Virus record (IMG/VR): IMGVR_UViG_3300028840_002150
Coordinates: 1-64,000 of that record
Origin: a virus
Direction: 5' to 3' (one strand)
Length of the DNA: 64,000 nt
Of the stretch, positions 20,161 through 29,766 are shown one piece after another (the stretch's first letter is position 1; every line of letters starts with the position of its first letter). The notes under the pieces were generated by a model that was not told the origin of the DNA, made no database searches, and saw only the letters and a program-made list of their open reading frames with translations. Both the position numbers and the translations under genes were made by a program.

Positions 20161-20214
20161 CATGGAGAAAGGCGGGCGGACGGGAAACCGCTGGAAAGAA
20201 TTCCGAAATTGTGC

Positions 20215-20259
20215 CAATATCTGCCGATGGGCAGCGAATAACCTATTGAAAGGACACGG
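20215..20259 (+). repeat. Promoter-like motif; 45-bp exact direct repeat of 44438-44482
   Basis: caatatctgccgatgggcagcgaataacctattgaaaggacacgg at both loci. Confidence 0.9.
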
Positions 20260-20261
20260 AC

Positions 20262-20465
20262 ATGACAACCGCAACACGAAAGGGAGGAACGATGGACGGC
20301 GTAAGGGAATTGCGAGACGGACGGAAGGTCGTGATCGAGGAGCACAAGCTGGTTCGAGGTGAAGACCAGTACAAGGTCCGGGAATACGGCCGGGTGCGGA
20401 TGGACTACTGGTGGGTTAGCCGCAGCGAGCTTAAACCACGGCGGCTGTCGAGGCGAGAACGATGA
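20262..20465 (+). CDS. Hypothetical protein
   Basis: Downstream of the motif; RBS present. Confidence 0.5.
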   Translation: MTTATRKGGTMDGVRELRDGRKVVIEEHKLVRGEDQYKVREYGRVRMDYWWVSRSELKPRRLSRRER

Positions 20466-20755
20466 GTGGGTATTTTGAACACTTCCCGCAAGGTAAACCG
20501 TTGCGGGAAGTGTTTTCGGAACTGGAGGACACGGACATGACAACCGCAAGCACAAGGGGAAACGAAATGACAACGCGATTTGAGTATGTTTGGGTAGCCG
20601 ACGCTGAACTCGAACGGGGCAAAGTCGAGCGAATCGCTGATTGCCAGCCGACGCGAGAATCGGCAATCGTTGCGGCTCGCAACTGGTTTGCCATCAACGG
20701 CATGGGTGCGGTGCCGTTTTCTGTCACAAGTCGGCCCGTGGAAATCACTGAGTAA
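20462..20755 (+). CDS. Hypothetical protein (start may be 20538 or later)
   Basis: Contains a second copy of ggacacggacatgacaaccgcaa. Confidence 0.5.
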   Translation: MSGYFEHFPQGKPLREVFSELEDTDMTTASTRGNEMTTRFEYVWVADAELERGKVERIADCQPTRESAIVAARNWFAINGMGAVPFSVTSRPVEITE

Positions 20756-20809
20756 CCCTCTGACGATGCCCGGAGGGGTCCGGGCGAAACGGGCTACTGC
20801 CCGTCAGGG
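20756..20809 (+). ncRNA. Hammerhead ribozyme (type I)
   Basis: Stem I CCCT/AGGG; core CTGACGA(T); stem II GCCCGGA/TCCGGGC; GAAA; stem III CGGGC/GCCCG; GTC cleavage triplet ending at 20805. Confidence 0.88.
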
Positions 20810-20845
20810 ACCCGCAACCGCAACATTAGCCTGGAGGAATCAACA

Positions 20846-21070
20846 ATGGCACAAGCACACTACGACGCCTGGAATCAGCTTCGACTGCTGGTCATGCCCA
20901 CGGAAGGCGAGGACTGGCCCACGATCCACCCCACCGACGACCCGCACATGGTAGACGTGCAGTGGCCCGACGGGTCGGGCTCGATGCTGCACTTTCGGGA
21001 CGGGGAATGGCACTTCTGCGGCGGGCGCGAAATCGCGGGTTACTCGCACGCATGCGGATACCACGACTGA
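20846..21070 (+). CDS. Hypothetical protein
   Basis: GGAGG RBS just downstream of the ribozyme. Confidence 0.6.
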   Translation: MAQAHYDAWNQLRLLVMPTEGEDWPTIHPTDDPHMVDVQWPDGSGSMLHFRDGEWHFCGGREIAGYSHACGYHD

Positions 21071-21116
21071 CACCCTTTCCCCGGCAACGCCGGGGGCCAA
21101 CCTGGAGGACGAGACG

Positions 21117-21545
21117 ATGACTAATGAACTAAAACCGCACGAAGCACAGCGAGAAATTGAAGACCGATTGAGCCAGACCGCGGCGAAATGGTGGAACGGG
21201 TTGGAAGCGTCGGCCGCGAATGACTTCCTTGTTCTTGCGCAGCGCGAGGGCGTGGCCGCGGCTGTTGCCGCCGTCGAAGAATGTGCGGCGCCCGACGAAG
21301 AAATCGGTCGCGTATACTGGATGGCCTTTGGAACCCTGTACGGGTGCCCGTGGGACCTTCGGGGGTGGGGCGAAGAGTGCGAGACGGCCGATGAAGCTGC
21401 GGACAACGCCCGCGGATGGCTCGGGGATTTATCACGCCGTGAGCGCGAAACGGCTCAAGCGTGGATTAGGTGCTACCAGGTCATCGCGCTGGGGCAGGCC
21501 GTGACGATTAACTGCACGCGAGACGGCGAACACGTCGAAGCGTGA
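21117..21545 (+). CDS. Hypothetical protein
   Basis: GGAGG RBS. Confidence 0.6.
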   Translation: MTNELKPHEAQREIEDRLSQTAAKWWNGLEASAANDFLVLAQREGVAAAVAAVEECAAPDEEIGRVYWMAFGTLYGCPWDLRGWGEECETADEAADNARGWLGDLSRRERETAQAWIRCYQVIALGQAVTINCTRDGEHVEA

Positions 21546-21569
21546 CACCCTTTGCGGCAGCGCCGGGGC

Positions 21570-21830
21570 CTAGTCCACCGTCACATACTCCTGCCAGATG
21601 GTGGGCCCGCTCATCGAAACCACCTGCCAATCCCCGGACCCCAGGTCAAACCGTCTCAGATTGTGCTTTGTGCGGGTGGTTAGCTCATAGGCCGCCCGCC
21701 AGGGTGGCCGGTCCAATTCCATCACGATCCGAGGGTGATGGTCCACCGCGATGACTTGCCCGTGTAGTGGCCCGCCGTGGAAATAGATTGGCCCCGATTG
21801 CACCTGCTGTGCTGTAGACGTGGAAAACAT
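21570..21830 (-). CDS. Small GGP-x-x-G motif protein
   Basis: FHGGPLHG motif; upstream GGAG. Confidence 0.55.
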   Translation of the reverse strand: MFSTSTAQQVQSGPIYFHGGPLHGQVIAVDHHPRIVMELDRPPWRAAYELTTRTKHNLRRFDLGSGDWQVVSMSGPTIWQEYVTVD

Positions 21831-21865
21831 GCCCCATACTCCGTGTTTGCCCCCGTTTCGCAGAT

Positions 21866-22123
21866 AAAGCGGACAGGCTGTCCACTTTTGGCCGCTGCCA
21901 AAACGGCCCCCGAAAACAGCGTAAGCGGCAGGCGGGGCAAAGAGTTGCGCGGAGACGTGAAGCGGCCACCCGAAGCGGTCTCATAGCGCATCCCCAACCG
22001 TCGCCAAACCGCATTTAACCCCTTGCGGCATAACCACTTAGCCCCCATTGCCGAGCCAACGTAAAGCCCTGTAAATCGCCGTAAAAAGTGGACAGCAAAC
22101 ATAAAAAGCGGACAGCCTGTCCA
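21866..22123. mobile_element. Candidate attP / recombinase arm-site region
   Basis: Non-coding; AAAG(C/T)GGACAG at 21866, ~22085 and 22105 and inverted at 21878-21888; lies between int and the xis-like gene. Confidence 0.45.
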
Positions 22124-22131
22124 TATTGGCG

Positions 22132-22401
22132 TCAACGCCTGTTACGGGGCTTCGGCGGGCGTGGAGCATCGGCAAGCGGGTCAAGTAGTTCCGCCTCGAT
22201 CAGCTTGCCCTTGGCCTGCTCGATTTGCTTCCAAGCCCCGGTGATGCCCGTGCTCACCGCCGCATCGTGCGACAGCGAAAGAACCGTCCTGGTTTTGCGG
22301 AGGAGGTCGGCCAGCAAGCCGTACTCCTCCGCGATGCGGCCGAACATCCGTGCCCGCTCCCGCAATGACCCCTCGTCGTGATCCGTGTTTTGCCTCGGCA
22401 T
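22132..22401 (-). CDS. Hypothetical protein divergent from the xis-like gene
   Basis: MPRQNTDHDEGSL...; helical, 89 aa. Confidence 0.45.
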   Translation of the reverse strand: MPRQNTDHDEGSLRERARMFGRIAEEYGLLADLLRKTRTVLSLSHDAAVSTGITGAWKQIEQAKGKLIEAELLDPLADAPRPPKPRNRR

Positions 22402-22590
22402 GTCGTTGCACCCCAAAAATGAAAACCGAGCCCCCATATACCCGTAGTGTACGCCCACGACAACCCAAGTTGCAATAATTTTGCCCATGCGGCGAAATAC
22501 CGGCTTAGGTACGCAGGTGCCTATTGACGTGGAATCCAAATGTGGTATAGATACCGGAAAGGCCGAACGCACCGGGGAGAACGCCAGGAA

Positions 22591-22926
22591 ATGCACACGT
22601 TTGACATATCCGCCGAGACCGCCATCACCGTGGAACAGGCCGCCCGTATGCTGCCCTCCGGTCGGGGCGCGGACTCCCGCAGCCCCGAAACGGTAAAGCG
22701 CTGGATCCTGCAAGGACACAAGCCGCGTGGCAAGGCGAAGTCCACGAGGATCCACCTGGAGGGCGCCTACATCGGAGACACTTTGGTGACAAGCCAGGAG
22801 TCGATCCAGCGGTTTGTGATGGCGTGTTCCTCGGCGGCAAGTAACGGCGCGGCCAAGCCGCCGGCCACGGTGACCAGCCGCAGACACGAGGCGGCAATGC
22901 ACGCGCTCAAAAGCAAGGGATTCTGA
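22591..22926 (+). CDS. DUF1580-like HTH protein (excisionase-like)
   Basis: FDISAETAITVEQAARMLP...ETVKRW..G....LE...IG....TS.E.I.RF. Confidence 0.75.
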   Translation: MHTFDISAETAITVEQAARMLPSGRGADSRSPETVKRWILQGHKPRGKAKSTRIHLEGAYIGDTLVTSQESIQRFVMACSSAASNGAAKPPATVTSRRHEAAMHALKSKGF

Positions 22927-22928
22927 AA

Positions 22929-23198
22929 ATGTCCAAGGTCAAAGTAGATGCCGTCGTGATCCAGTACCCGGACGGTTCCCGAAAGTCGCTGAGCATCGAG
23001 GACGCGAGGGCGTTGTACCGGGAGCTGGCGGAATTGTTTGGGCACCCGACGGCCATCCCGCCCGTGCCGATCGTGATTGAGCGGGAGCGCTGGCCGCGGT
23101 GGGCGCCGACGTGGACCGATGACGGAACCCCGCACCAAGTTCCGGCGGTTCCGGATCTGACTCCACGGATTTGGTGCTGCGCAGAAACAGGGGGCTAG
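22929..23198 (+). CDS. Hypothetical protein
   Basis: Coupled to the DUF1580-like gene. Confidence 0.55.
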   Translation: MSKVKVDAVVIQYPDGSRKSLSIEDARALYRELAELFGHPTAIPPVPIVIERERWPRWAPTWTDDGTPHQVPAVPDLTPRIWCCAETGG

Positions 23199-23206
23199 TT
23201 TTTCGC

Positions 23207-23232
23207 CAATATCGGAAGGTGCCGACCGAATA
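23207..23232 (+). promoter_or_regulatory. Repeated promoter-like motif
   Basis: caatatc ggaaggtgccgac cgaata. Confidence 0.75.
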
Positions 23233-23288
23233 ACCCGGAAGCAAGTAAGGACCGATTCAACCACCGTGGCAAATTAGGAGATCCTGCC

Positions 23289-24289
23289 ATGAACGCGTGG
23301 GAATGTGCCGAACCGCGACCGGAAGCCGGACCCTGCCGGCTCGAGTTGGAATTGACCGAAGAACAGATGCGGGTTTTCATGCTGGCCCGATTCACTTGGT
23401 CTCAATTGCGGGACCAGGCGGCGAGCATGGAGGAATCTTTGGCCGCCGTGCTACGGCTTGGCGTGGATGTGTTGGCGCCTCGGCATTACCGGGAGCTTGT
23501 CCGATGACGTTTTCGCCCGATTGGTTGACGTTCGGCGTTTGCATCGCCGCGGGGTGCTTGATTGCCGCGGTGTGGGCAGGCGTCGAGGCTTGGTTCGGAG
23601 ACGAGCCGCCGGGCCCGACACGACTACCGTAGAAAGTATTCCGAGTGACCTCGGACCAGATACAGATTGGCCAAACCTACCGGCACGACGACGCCGGCCC
23701 TGTGCGGGTGCTGGGAAGAACCTGGTACCACTGGGTAAAGGTATCCGGACCATTCGGCGTTTGGCATTGCAGCCCGGAGCGACTGCAACCGATGCCGCGA
23801 TGGGCAGCGAGAAAGGTCAAGACCGATGTTGATGGAACAGTGGATGGCCCGTGAGCGGGCCCGCGAGATCGTCTCACGTTCTCCTGCGGCGCGTGTGCCG
23901 GCCATGGTGGTCGTGGAGGGGGAAAGCTACGAGGTCCCGATGATTGGCGGGAGGGTGGTCAATAATACCGGCCGCCAAATTCCGCCCGGTACTCCGGTAT
24001 GGAAGTATGCCGGGACCGTGGACGAAACGGGGAGGGTATGACGACGTTTTGCGCAGTAACAACAAACAGTTGCCGAATCGGGGATAAGGTATATTCGCGC
24101 GGCACGGTTTTGACACTGGAACCGCGCGACTATACGCAAGGGCTCATAGACAACGGGCTACTGGTTCGGTTGCGACAAGCAGAAGATGGTTGGCTCGTTC
24201 CGACCGCAGAACGTGAATACTTTGGGCCGGAAAGAACCGGGTTGGTCGTGGAGCCTTGCCTGCCGGTGAAGGAGGATGGCGAAACATGA
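23289..24289 (+). other. Run of about five small overlapping hypothetical genes (23289-23507, 23504-23632, 23645-23854, 23826-24041, 24038-24289)
   Basis: Start/stop overlaps and RBSs. Confidence 0.5.
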
Positions 24290-24807
24290 CAAAGCAGCAA
24301 TGGCGCGACTTCGCAACCGCGCCGACGGACGGGACCGAGATATTGGCATGGCGGGAAGACGCCGGGGCGTTTTCCGCGTTCTACAAGTGCGACGACGACA
24401 CCGACGAAGATGGCTGCTGGTTTGCCGTAAGCGGCGAGGATCTGACCGGCGATCTGCCGACGTGTTGGATGCCGTACCCGGAACCGCCACCGACTCCAAT
24501 CCCATACGAAGCGTTGATGAGTCTGACCTGGAATCCGTTATTGACAATGCAACCAGATAGGATTGCGCATGTTTCCAGCGTTGACCCCGTGGACGAAATG
24601 CTCCACGACATAGACAAGACTCAGCGGTTTTTGGAGAGCCTGGCCGAGCAGCATGAACGTCTACGGGTACGGGCTCGGGAATCACGCCGGGCTGAATTCG
24701 TGGACATAGTGCATTCGCTGAGCCGGCTTTTGCGCGCGTCGCTGAAGCAAGTAGGCGGGTTTGCAAGCTTGGTGGTAGACGTGGACAAGGAGCAAGGTAT
24801 TTCATGA
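24286..24807 (+). CDS. DUF551-like N-terminal domain + coiled coil
   Basis: WRDFATAPTDGTEIL...PTCWMPYPEPP. Confidence 0.65.
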   Translation: MTKQQWRDFATAPTDGTEILAWREDAGAFSAFYKCDDDTDEDGCWFAVSGEDLTGDLPTCWMPYPEPPPTPIPYEALMSLTWNPLLTMQPDRIAHVSSVDPVDEMLHDIDKTQRFLESLAEQHERLRVRARESRRAEFVDIVHSLSRLLRASLKQVGGFASLVVDVDKEQGIS

Positions 24808-25166
24808 CCGAGCTTATTCAGTCGATGGATTCGCCGTGGCAAGCGGCGGAGTTTGCTTTGTTTTGCGCGGGGTGGTTTGCGTTGGGCGCCGCGTGCGCGA
24901 TGCACTTCGACGATAAAGTGTATGACATCGACCGACAGCATCAGGAAGAAGACGAATGACCCGTTGGTGTTCACTCGGCGATACGATCAGCACGACCCGG
25001 CAGACGTATCTGGAGGGCGACTACCTGCACGCTATTCCGGAAACTCCGGCAGCCTGCGCCTACGCAAACGAACTGATTGCGGCGGGAAGGTGGCGGGTAT
25101 CTCGGTGTGGCAAGTGCGATAAGCCGGTCGAAGAATGCCGATGCGAAAACGAGAACGGGGGCCATC

Positions 25167-25871
25167 ATGACCGCTATTTTATGCGACCCGCCGCGGGAAG
25201 CCTACCACGCCGACATGACCGCGCTGTCGCAGTCGATGCTAAAGGTATTCATGCGAAGCCCGCTGGCCTACCGGAATAAGTGCTTATCCCCTCGGGAGGA
25301 CAAGCAATCCGCGGCCATGCGGCTCGGGGATTTGGTCCACAGCATCGTACTGGCACCGGAAAGGGTGGACACGGAATTTGCGGATGTACCGGAAGGCGTG
25401 AAGGCCCACGCGATGCAACTAGCGCGGACCCTACGGGATCGGTTCGGCAGACTATTGGAGCTGCCGGGCATCCGGGAAAAAGCGGTCTACTGGACGGACC
25501 CGGCAACCGGGCTCAGGTGCCGGATGATGGTGGACCTGCTTGTTGTGCCGGACAGCGGCGGCCCGCCGGTCATCGTGGATCTGAAGGTCACGGCGGACAT
25601 CAAGCGGTTCGGGTGGACGGTCCGCAAATTCGACTACCCGCTCCAGGATGCCCATTACGTGGCCGGCATCCGGGAATTGTTGGACCTGCCCCCGTTTGCC
25701 GAAGACCCGGATTTTGTGCTGCTGGTCATCGACAAGGCCGGCAAGATGGCCCCGCAACGGATCGGGGACGCGGTGATGGAGCGGGCGCGGAACCGAAGAC
25801 GGGCGGCAATGGAGCACCTGCGGCGGTGCTTAGAGGACGACTCCTGGCCGGAAAAATGCCAGGCGGCCTAA
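25167..25871 (+). CDS. RecE/DUF3799-like PD-(D/E)xK exonuclease
   Basis: YHA..ALSQS.LK, G..VH, E..VYW.D..TGLRCR..VD, IVDLK, Y.LQ.A.Y. Confidence 0.85.
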   Translation: MTAILCDPPREAYHADMTALSQSMLKVFMRSPLAYRNKCLSPREDKQSAAMRLGDLVHSIVLAPERVDTEFADVPEGVKAHAMQLARTLRDRFGRLLELPGIREKAVYWTDPATGLRCRMMVDLLVVPDSGGPPVIVDLKVTADIKRFGWTVRKFDYPLQDAHYVAGIRELLDLPPFAEDPDFVLLVIDKAGKMAPQRIGDAVMERARNRRRAAMEHLRRCLEDDSWPEKCQAA

Positions 25872-25878
25872 TTTTATT

Positions 25879-25927
25879 CCAATATCGGCGGACCCCTTGC
25901 GAATAACGGGCATAACGCCGATATTGG
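25879..25927 (+). promoter_or_regulatory. Promoter-like motif inside a perfect 12-bp inverted repeat
   Basis: ccaatatcggcg (25879) ... cgccgatattgg (25916-25927). Confidence 0.7.
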
Positions 25928-25938
25928 AGGGCAATCAG

Positions 25939-27060
25939 ATGGACATTAAGAAAACGTGCGCGGATCTACTGCCGGCCAACCCCGAGGCGGCGCTGGCAAT
26001 GGCACTGATGCAGGTGGAGCGATTGGAAGCTAAAGCGGACCGGCCCGAGGGGGTGCAGTACGATTCGGGCCGGTTCCGGATTCACGACCTGGACGGGCTA
26101 CGGAAGGTGGCTGATTTCGTGGCCGCCAGCGGCGCGGTCCCGGCCCAATTCGACAAGCAGCCGGACAAGTGCATGGTAGCCGTCCACTTGTCCCAACTGC
26201 TGGACGTGGACGTATTTGCGATGTGCCGGTCGCTGTACTTCTACAGCGGCCGAATCGGGCTGGAGGGGCAGATGTTTATTGCGTTGCTCAACCGCTCGGA
26301 GCACGTCAAGGGGCGGGTGACGTTCGAGACCACCGGCGAGGGTGACGAGTTGCGCGTTGTCGCCAAGGCAACGGACTCGGAAGGTAACGAGTGCCGGGGC
26401 GAATGCTCCAAGCGGCTCGCCGTCAAAAACGGCTGGGCGGAATCGGCGGACGGGATGCCGAGCCAATGGGAAACAATGACCGAACAGCGGTGCAAGTACC
26501 GGGCAGCGGCTTTCCTTGCACGGGCACATTTTCCGGACGTGGTGATGGGGTTATGCACGGCGGATGAGCTGGACGACATTCGCCGAACGGAGCAATCGCG
26601 GGGCGGGCAACGGCGGCCCAAAGTCAACGGATCGGCGACCGTCAAGCCCCGCGACAATTCCCCACCGAACGATACGGAGCCGGTCTCGGCAGATTGGTTG
26701 GACCGGCTCGGCGAATCCACGGTAGTTGTGCCGGACATCCCGGTACAGGACGGATTGCCGGAACCGCCCGCGGAAGGATCGGCAAAGCCAAAGGAAAACC
26801 CCAACGGGCAGAAACCGGAAGCCGAACCGCAACCAGAACCGCAAGGGGTAAGCACCGCGCCGAAGCCGCGGCAAACGGAACACTCCGAGGCCGACAAGGC
26901 TATCCGCCAAATCGGCCGCATGACAAGCGAGCGAATGGTGTCGGGGATGCTACAGCGGGCGGAGGTGAACGACGCGATTTCGGACGACGAATTGCCTCGC
27001 ATTCGCGAAGCCGCCGAAAGCAAGTTGGCGGAACTGCGGGCCAAGCAGGAGGCCGCGTAA
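25939..27060 (+). CDS. RecT/Red-beta-like ssDNA annealing protein
   Basis: Follows the RecE-like gene; VPAQF..PD.C.VA...G.W....QW......YRAAAFLAR.HFPDV.MG..T.DE. Confidence 0.75.
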   Translation: MDIKKTCADLLPANPEAALAMALMQVERLEAKADRPEGVQYDSGRFRIHDLDGLRKVADFVAASGAVPAQFDKQPDKCMVAVHLSQLLDVDVFAMCRSLYFYSGRIGLEGQMFIALLNRSEHVKGRVTFETTGEGDELRVVAKATDSEGNECRGECSKRLAVKNGWAESADGMPSQWETMTEQRCKYRAAAFLARAHFPDVVMGLCTADELDDIRRTEQSRGGQRRPKVNGSATVKPRDNSPPNDTEPVSADWLDRLGESTVVVPDIPVQDGLPEPPAEGSAKPKENPNGQKPEAEPQPEPQGVSTAPKPRQTEHSEADKAIRQIGRMTSERMVSGMLQRAEVNDAISDDELPRIREAAESKLAELRAKQEAA

Positions 27061-27422
27061 TGCCGCGCAACATGTCCTTTAGCATCACTACCGAGCAGAT
27101 CCGCAACCGCACCAAGACGGTGACAAGGCGGAAAGGGTGGAAGTTTCTGAAGCCGGGCGACGTATTGAATGCTTGCGTGAAGTGCATGGGATTGAAGCCG
27201 GGCGAAAAGATCGAGCGGCTTTGTCAGATACGGGTCATGGACGTGCGCCGCGAGCGGCTGTCATTGATGGGCCACCGCATCTACGGCAAAAACGAGGCGG
27301 CAAGGGAGGGCTTTCCCGGAATGGCTGGCGTGGCATTTGTTGCCATGTTTTGTGAGCACATGGGCGGAAGCCGAGACCAGTTTGTGACGCGGATTGAGTT
27401 CGAATACCTGGAGGATACCTGA
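27060..27422 (+). CDS. ASCH domain protein
   Basis: MSF..T..QI..RTKTVTRR.GW..LKPGD...A.REGF...F. Confidence 0.8.
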   Translation: MPRNMSFSITTEQIRNRTKTVTRRKGWKFLKPGDVLNACVKCMGLKPGEKIERLCQIRVMDVRRERLSLMGHRIYGKNEAAREGFPGMAGVAFVAMFCEHMGGSRDQFVTRIEFEYLEDT

Positions 27423-27718
27423 TGTTTTCATACATTGTGGCGGCGCTTTTGGTGCTGCTGGCTTGCGCGATCACGGCGGCGTTTTGCCTGCATCGTGACA
27501 CGGTGGACCTGCGCGGTTTGTTGGCGGAAACACACAAGCAGTTTGTGCGCGCGACCGAAGAACGAGACGCGCACTTCAGCGAAGTAGAGCTTCTGAGCGA
27601 GCGAAACCAGCGGCAAGCCGAAACAATCGCGGATATGAAGATCCGCCTCAACAAAGCCAGGGCTATCCTGTATCCGCTGGGCCATTGGGACGCACATGCG
27701 ACCGTCACCGACGAGTGA
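27422..27718 (+). CDS. TM + coiled-coil protein
   Basis: N-terminal hydrophobic helix. Confidence 0.5.
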   Translation: MFSYIVAALLVLLACAITAAFCLHRDTVDLRGLLAETHKQFVRATEERDAHFSEVELLSERNQRQAETIADMKIRLNKARAILYPLGHWDAHATVTDE

Positions 27719-27820
27719 CCGTGGATTACCTTTGTAGTCGGGATGTCACGAAGCGAAATACCGCGGAGGCTGGCAGCGTAGCCGGCCCGGTCGCACCTTT
27801 TGTTTTTTGGGGGACGGAAA

Positions 27821-29407
27821 ATGAGCGAGCACGAATACAGTAGCGTCATCACAATAAAGGACGGCGGACCGATCACGTTGTTCCGTGTTCCGGTTTTGGA
27901 TGACGGCGGCGTGGTTATCCTCGAGGGCGGCAACGGGACCGGCAAATCGACCACTTTGAACGCCGCGGCCATGCGGCTCGGCAAATCCGGCACTCTGCCG
28001 GTACGAGATGGCGCCATGCGGGCCGAAGTGGACTGGGCTGGCGGGGGCATCCGGTACGCCAAGCGGATCAGCCGCTACGGCGCGGCCCCGGAAGAAACCG
28101 GCATTGTTCATCTCGAGGACCGCTACGACCTGGGGTCGCTGGTCGATCCGGGGTTTGACGATGAGGAGGCGGCGGACCGGGCGAGAATCAAGGCTTTGAT
28201 TCAATTGTCCGGGGTACAGATTCCGTTCGAGCAATTCGCCGGATTGTTGCCGCCATCGGACAACGGCCACGAGCCGGTGAGCATCGAATCGGCTCGCGAA
28301 TTGGCCGACCCGGTACAGCAAGCCGGCAAGGTCAAGCGGGAGTTGCAAGCAGAAATCCGGCGGCTGACCAAGTTGGCCGACAAGTCAAGCGATAGCGCGG
28401 CGGGTTGCGAATCCGCCGCCGAAGGTGTTGACGTGTCGGCTTTGCACGAACGGGCGGAAATCCAGCGGATTCACGCGGAAGCCGTGAGCAACCTATCCCG
28501 GCTCGAGGAACAGGACCGCAACGCCAAGGCGGCACGCGAAGCCCGCGAGAAGGCCAAGGCCGAACTCCGCGAGAAAGGCGGGCAATACGACGGGCCTTCT
28601 GCCGAAGAGGCCGCGGCCAAGCTGCAGGCGGAACAGGACAACCTGGCCGCCAAAGAGGCCGCGGTAGCCGAATGCCACGAACGCGTGGAACGGTTGCGGG
28701 CGGAACTGAAAGCCGCCGAAGCCGAAGAGCAGCAAGCCGTCAGTAGGCGGACCAACCAAGCCAACGCCGTGGAAAACGCGGAGCAATCACTGAAGCTGGC
28801 GCAGGACCACGAGCGGCTTATCACCGAGCTGAGCGGCCAAGCGGAAACCGAACTGCCGGCCCCGGTACCACCGGAAGAAATGGAAGCGGCACGGCGGGCC
28901 AAGGCAGAAGCGGACGACGCCGTGGAAACGGGCGTCAAGGTCCGCGAGGCGTTACGAAAACTGGAAGAAGCCGACAAGCACAAGCAGGAAGCCGAGAAGC
29001 ACCGCCGCTGGGCCAAGCGGCTACAAGAGGCGTGCGACGGGGTGGACGACATCCTCAGCAAGGCGGTCCGGTTTGACAACCTGCGGGTGGAAGCGGGGCG
29101 TCTGATCTACCAGCACGAGGACGGGCGGACCGAGCCGTTTGCGCGGTTGTCGCCGGGGCAACGGGCCCGCGTCGGCGCGGAGATCGGCGCCAAGCGGGTC
29201 TCCGAACAAACCGGCGACGGTACGCGCCTGATGATTATTCGGCAGGAAGACTGGGCCGCGCTCGACGGCGCCGCACGCAACATGGTCAACGACATCGCCG
29301 TCATGTACGGCATTACGGTGGTGACCGCGCAGGTGTCGGAACGGGGCAGCAGCCCGTTGCGGGTTCTGCTGTACGAAACCGGGGAAGAGCTGGTGGTATC
29401 GGCGTGA
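27821..29407 (+). CDS. SMC/SbcC-like ABC ATPase with long coiled coil
   Basis: Walker A GGNGTGKST; long coiled coil; signature LSPGQ; degenerate Walker B/D-loop IIRQEDWAALD. Confidence 0.75.
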   Translation: MSEHEYSSVITIKDGGPITLFRVPVLDDGGVVILEGGNGTGKSTTLNAAAMRLGKSGTLPVRDGAMRAEVDWAGGGIRYAKRISRYGAAPEETGIVHLEDRYDLGSLVDPGFDDEEAADRARIKALIQLSGVQIPFEQFAGLLPPSDNGHEPVSIESARELADPVQQAGKVKRELQAEIRRLTKLADKSSDSAAGCESAAEGVDVSALHERAEIQRIHAEAVSNLSRLEEQDRNAKAAREAREKAKAELREKGGQYDGPSAEEAAAKLQAEQDNLAAKEAAVAECHERVERLRAELKAAEAEEQQAVSRRTNQANAVENAEQSLKLAQDHERLITELSGQAETELPAPVPPEEMEAARRAKAEADDAVETGVKVREALRKLEEADKHKQEAEKHRRWAKRLQEACDGVDDILSKAVRFDNLRVEAGRLIYQHEDGRTEPFARLSPGQRARVGAEIGAKRVSEQTGDGTRLMIIRQEDWAALDGAARNMVNDIAVMYGITVVTAQVSERGSSPLRVLLYETGEELVVSA

Positions 29408-29613
29408 CGCTTCGCTGGGCCTACACAATTCGCAACGACCACGTTTACGCGGCCCGTTGCGACTCCGAGTATCTACACGAACTACCCGCGGCATTACAGA
29501 CGTGGGTAGAGGACCCGCTGCTGGAATTCGACAACGACGACAAGCTCAAAATGCTCGGCGTATTCTACGAGGTGATCTGTTATGGCGGAAACATCATGTA
29601 CCGGCCATGGTGA
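29404..29613 (+). CDS. Hypothetical protein
   Basis: GTGA overlap. Confidence 0.45.
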   Translation: MTLRWAYTIRNDHVYAARCDSEYLHELPAALQTWVEDPLLEFDNDDKLKMLGVFYEVICYGGNIMYRPW

Positions 29614-29766
29614 GCGGTTGCAAGTCCGGTACCCGCCGGCAACCAGCGCGGAACGGGTCCCGCTGTACTGCGCGGACTGCAAGCGGTTTTATGGCCGCGC
29701 GGATCGGCGGGACATCGAAGCGCTCAACGCCAAAGGCCGAATCGTTGCCAACGTGAAAGGAAACGT

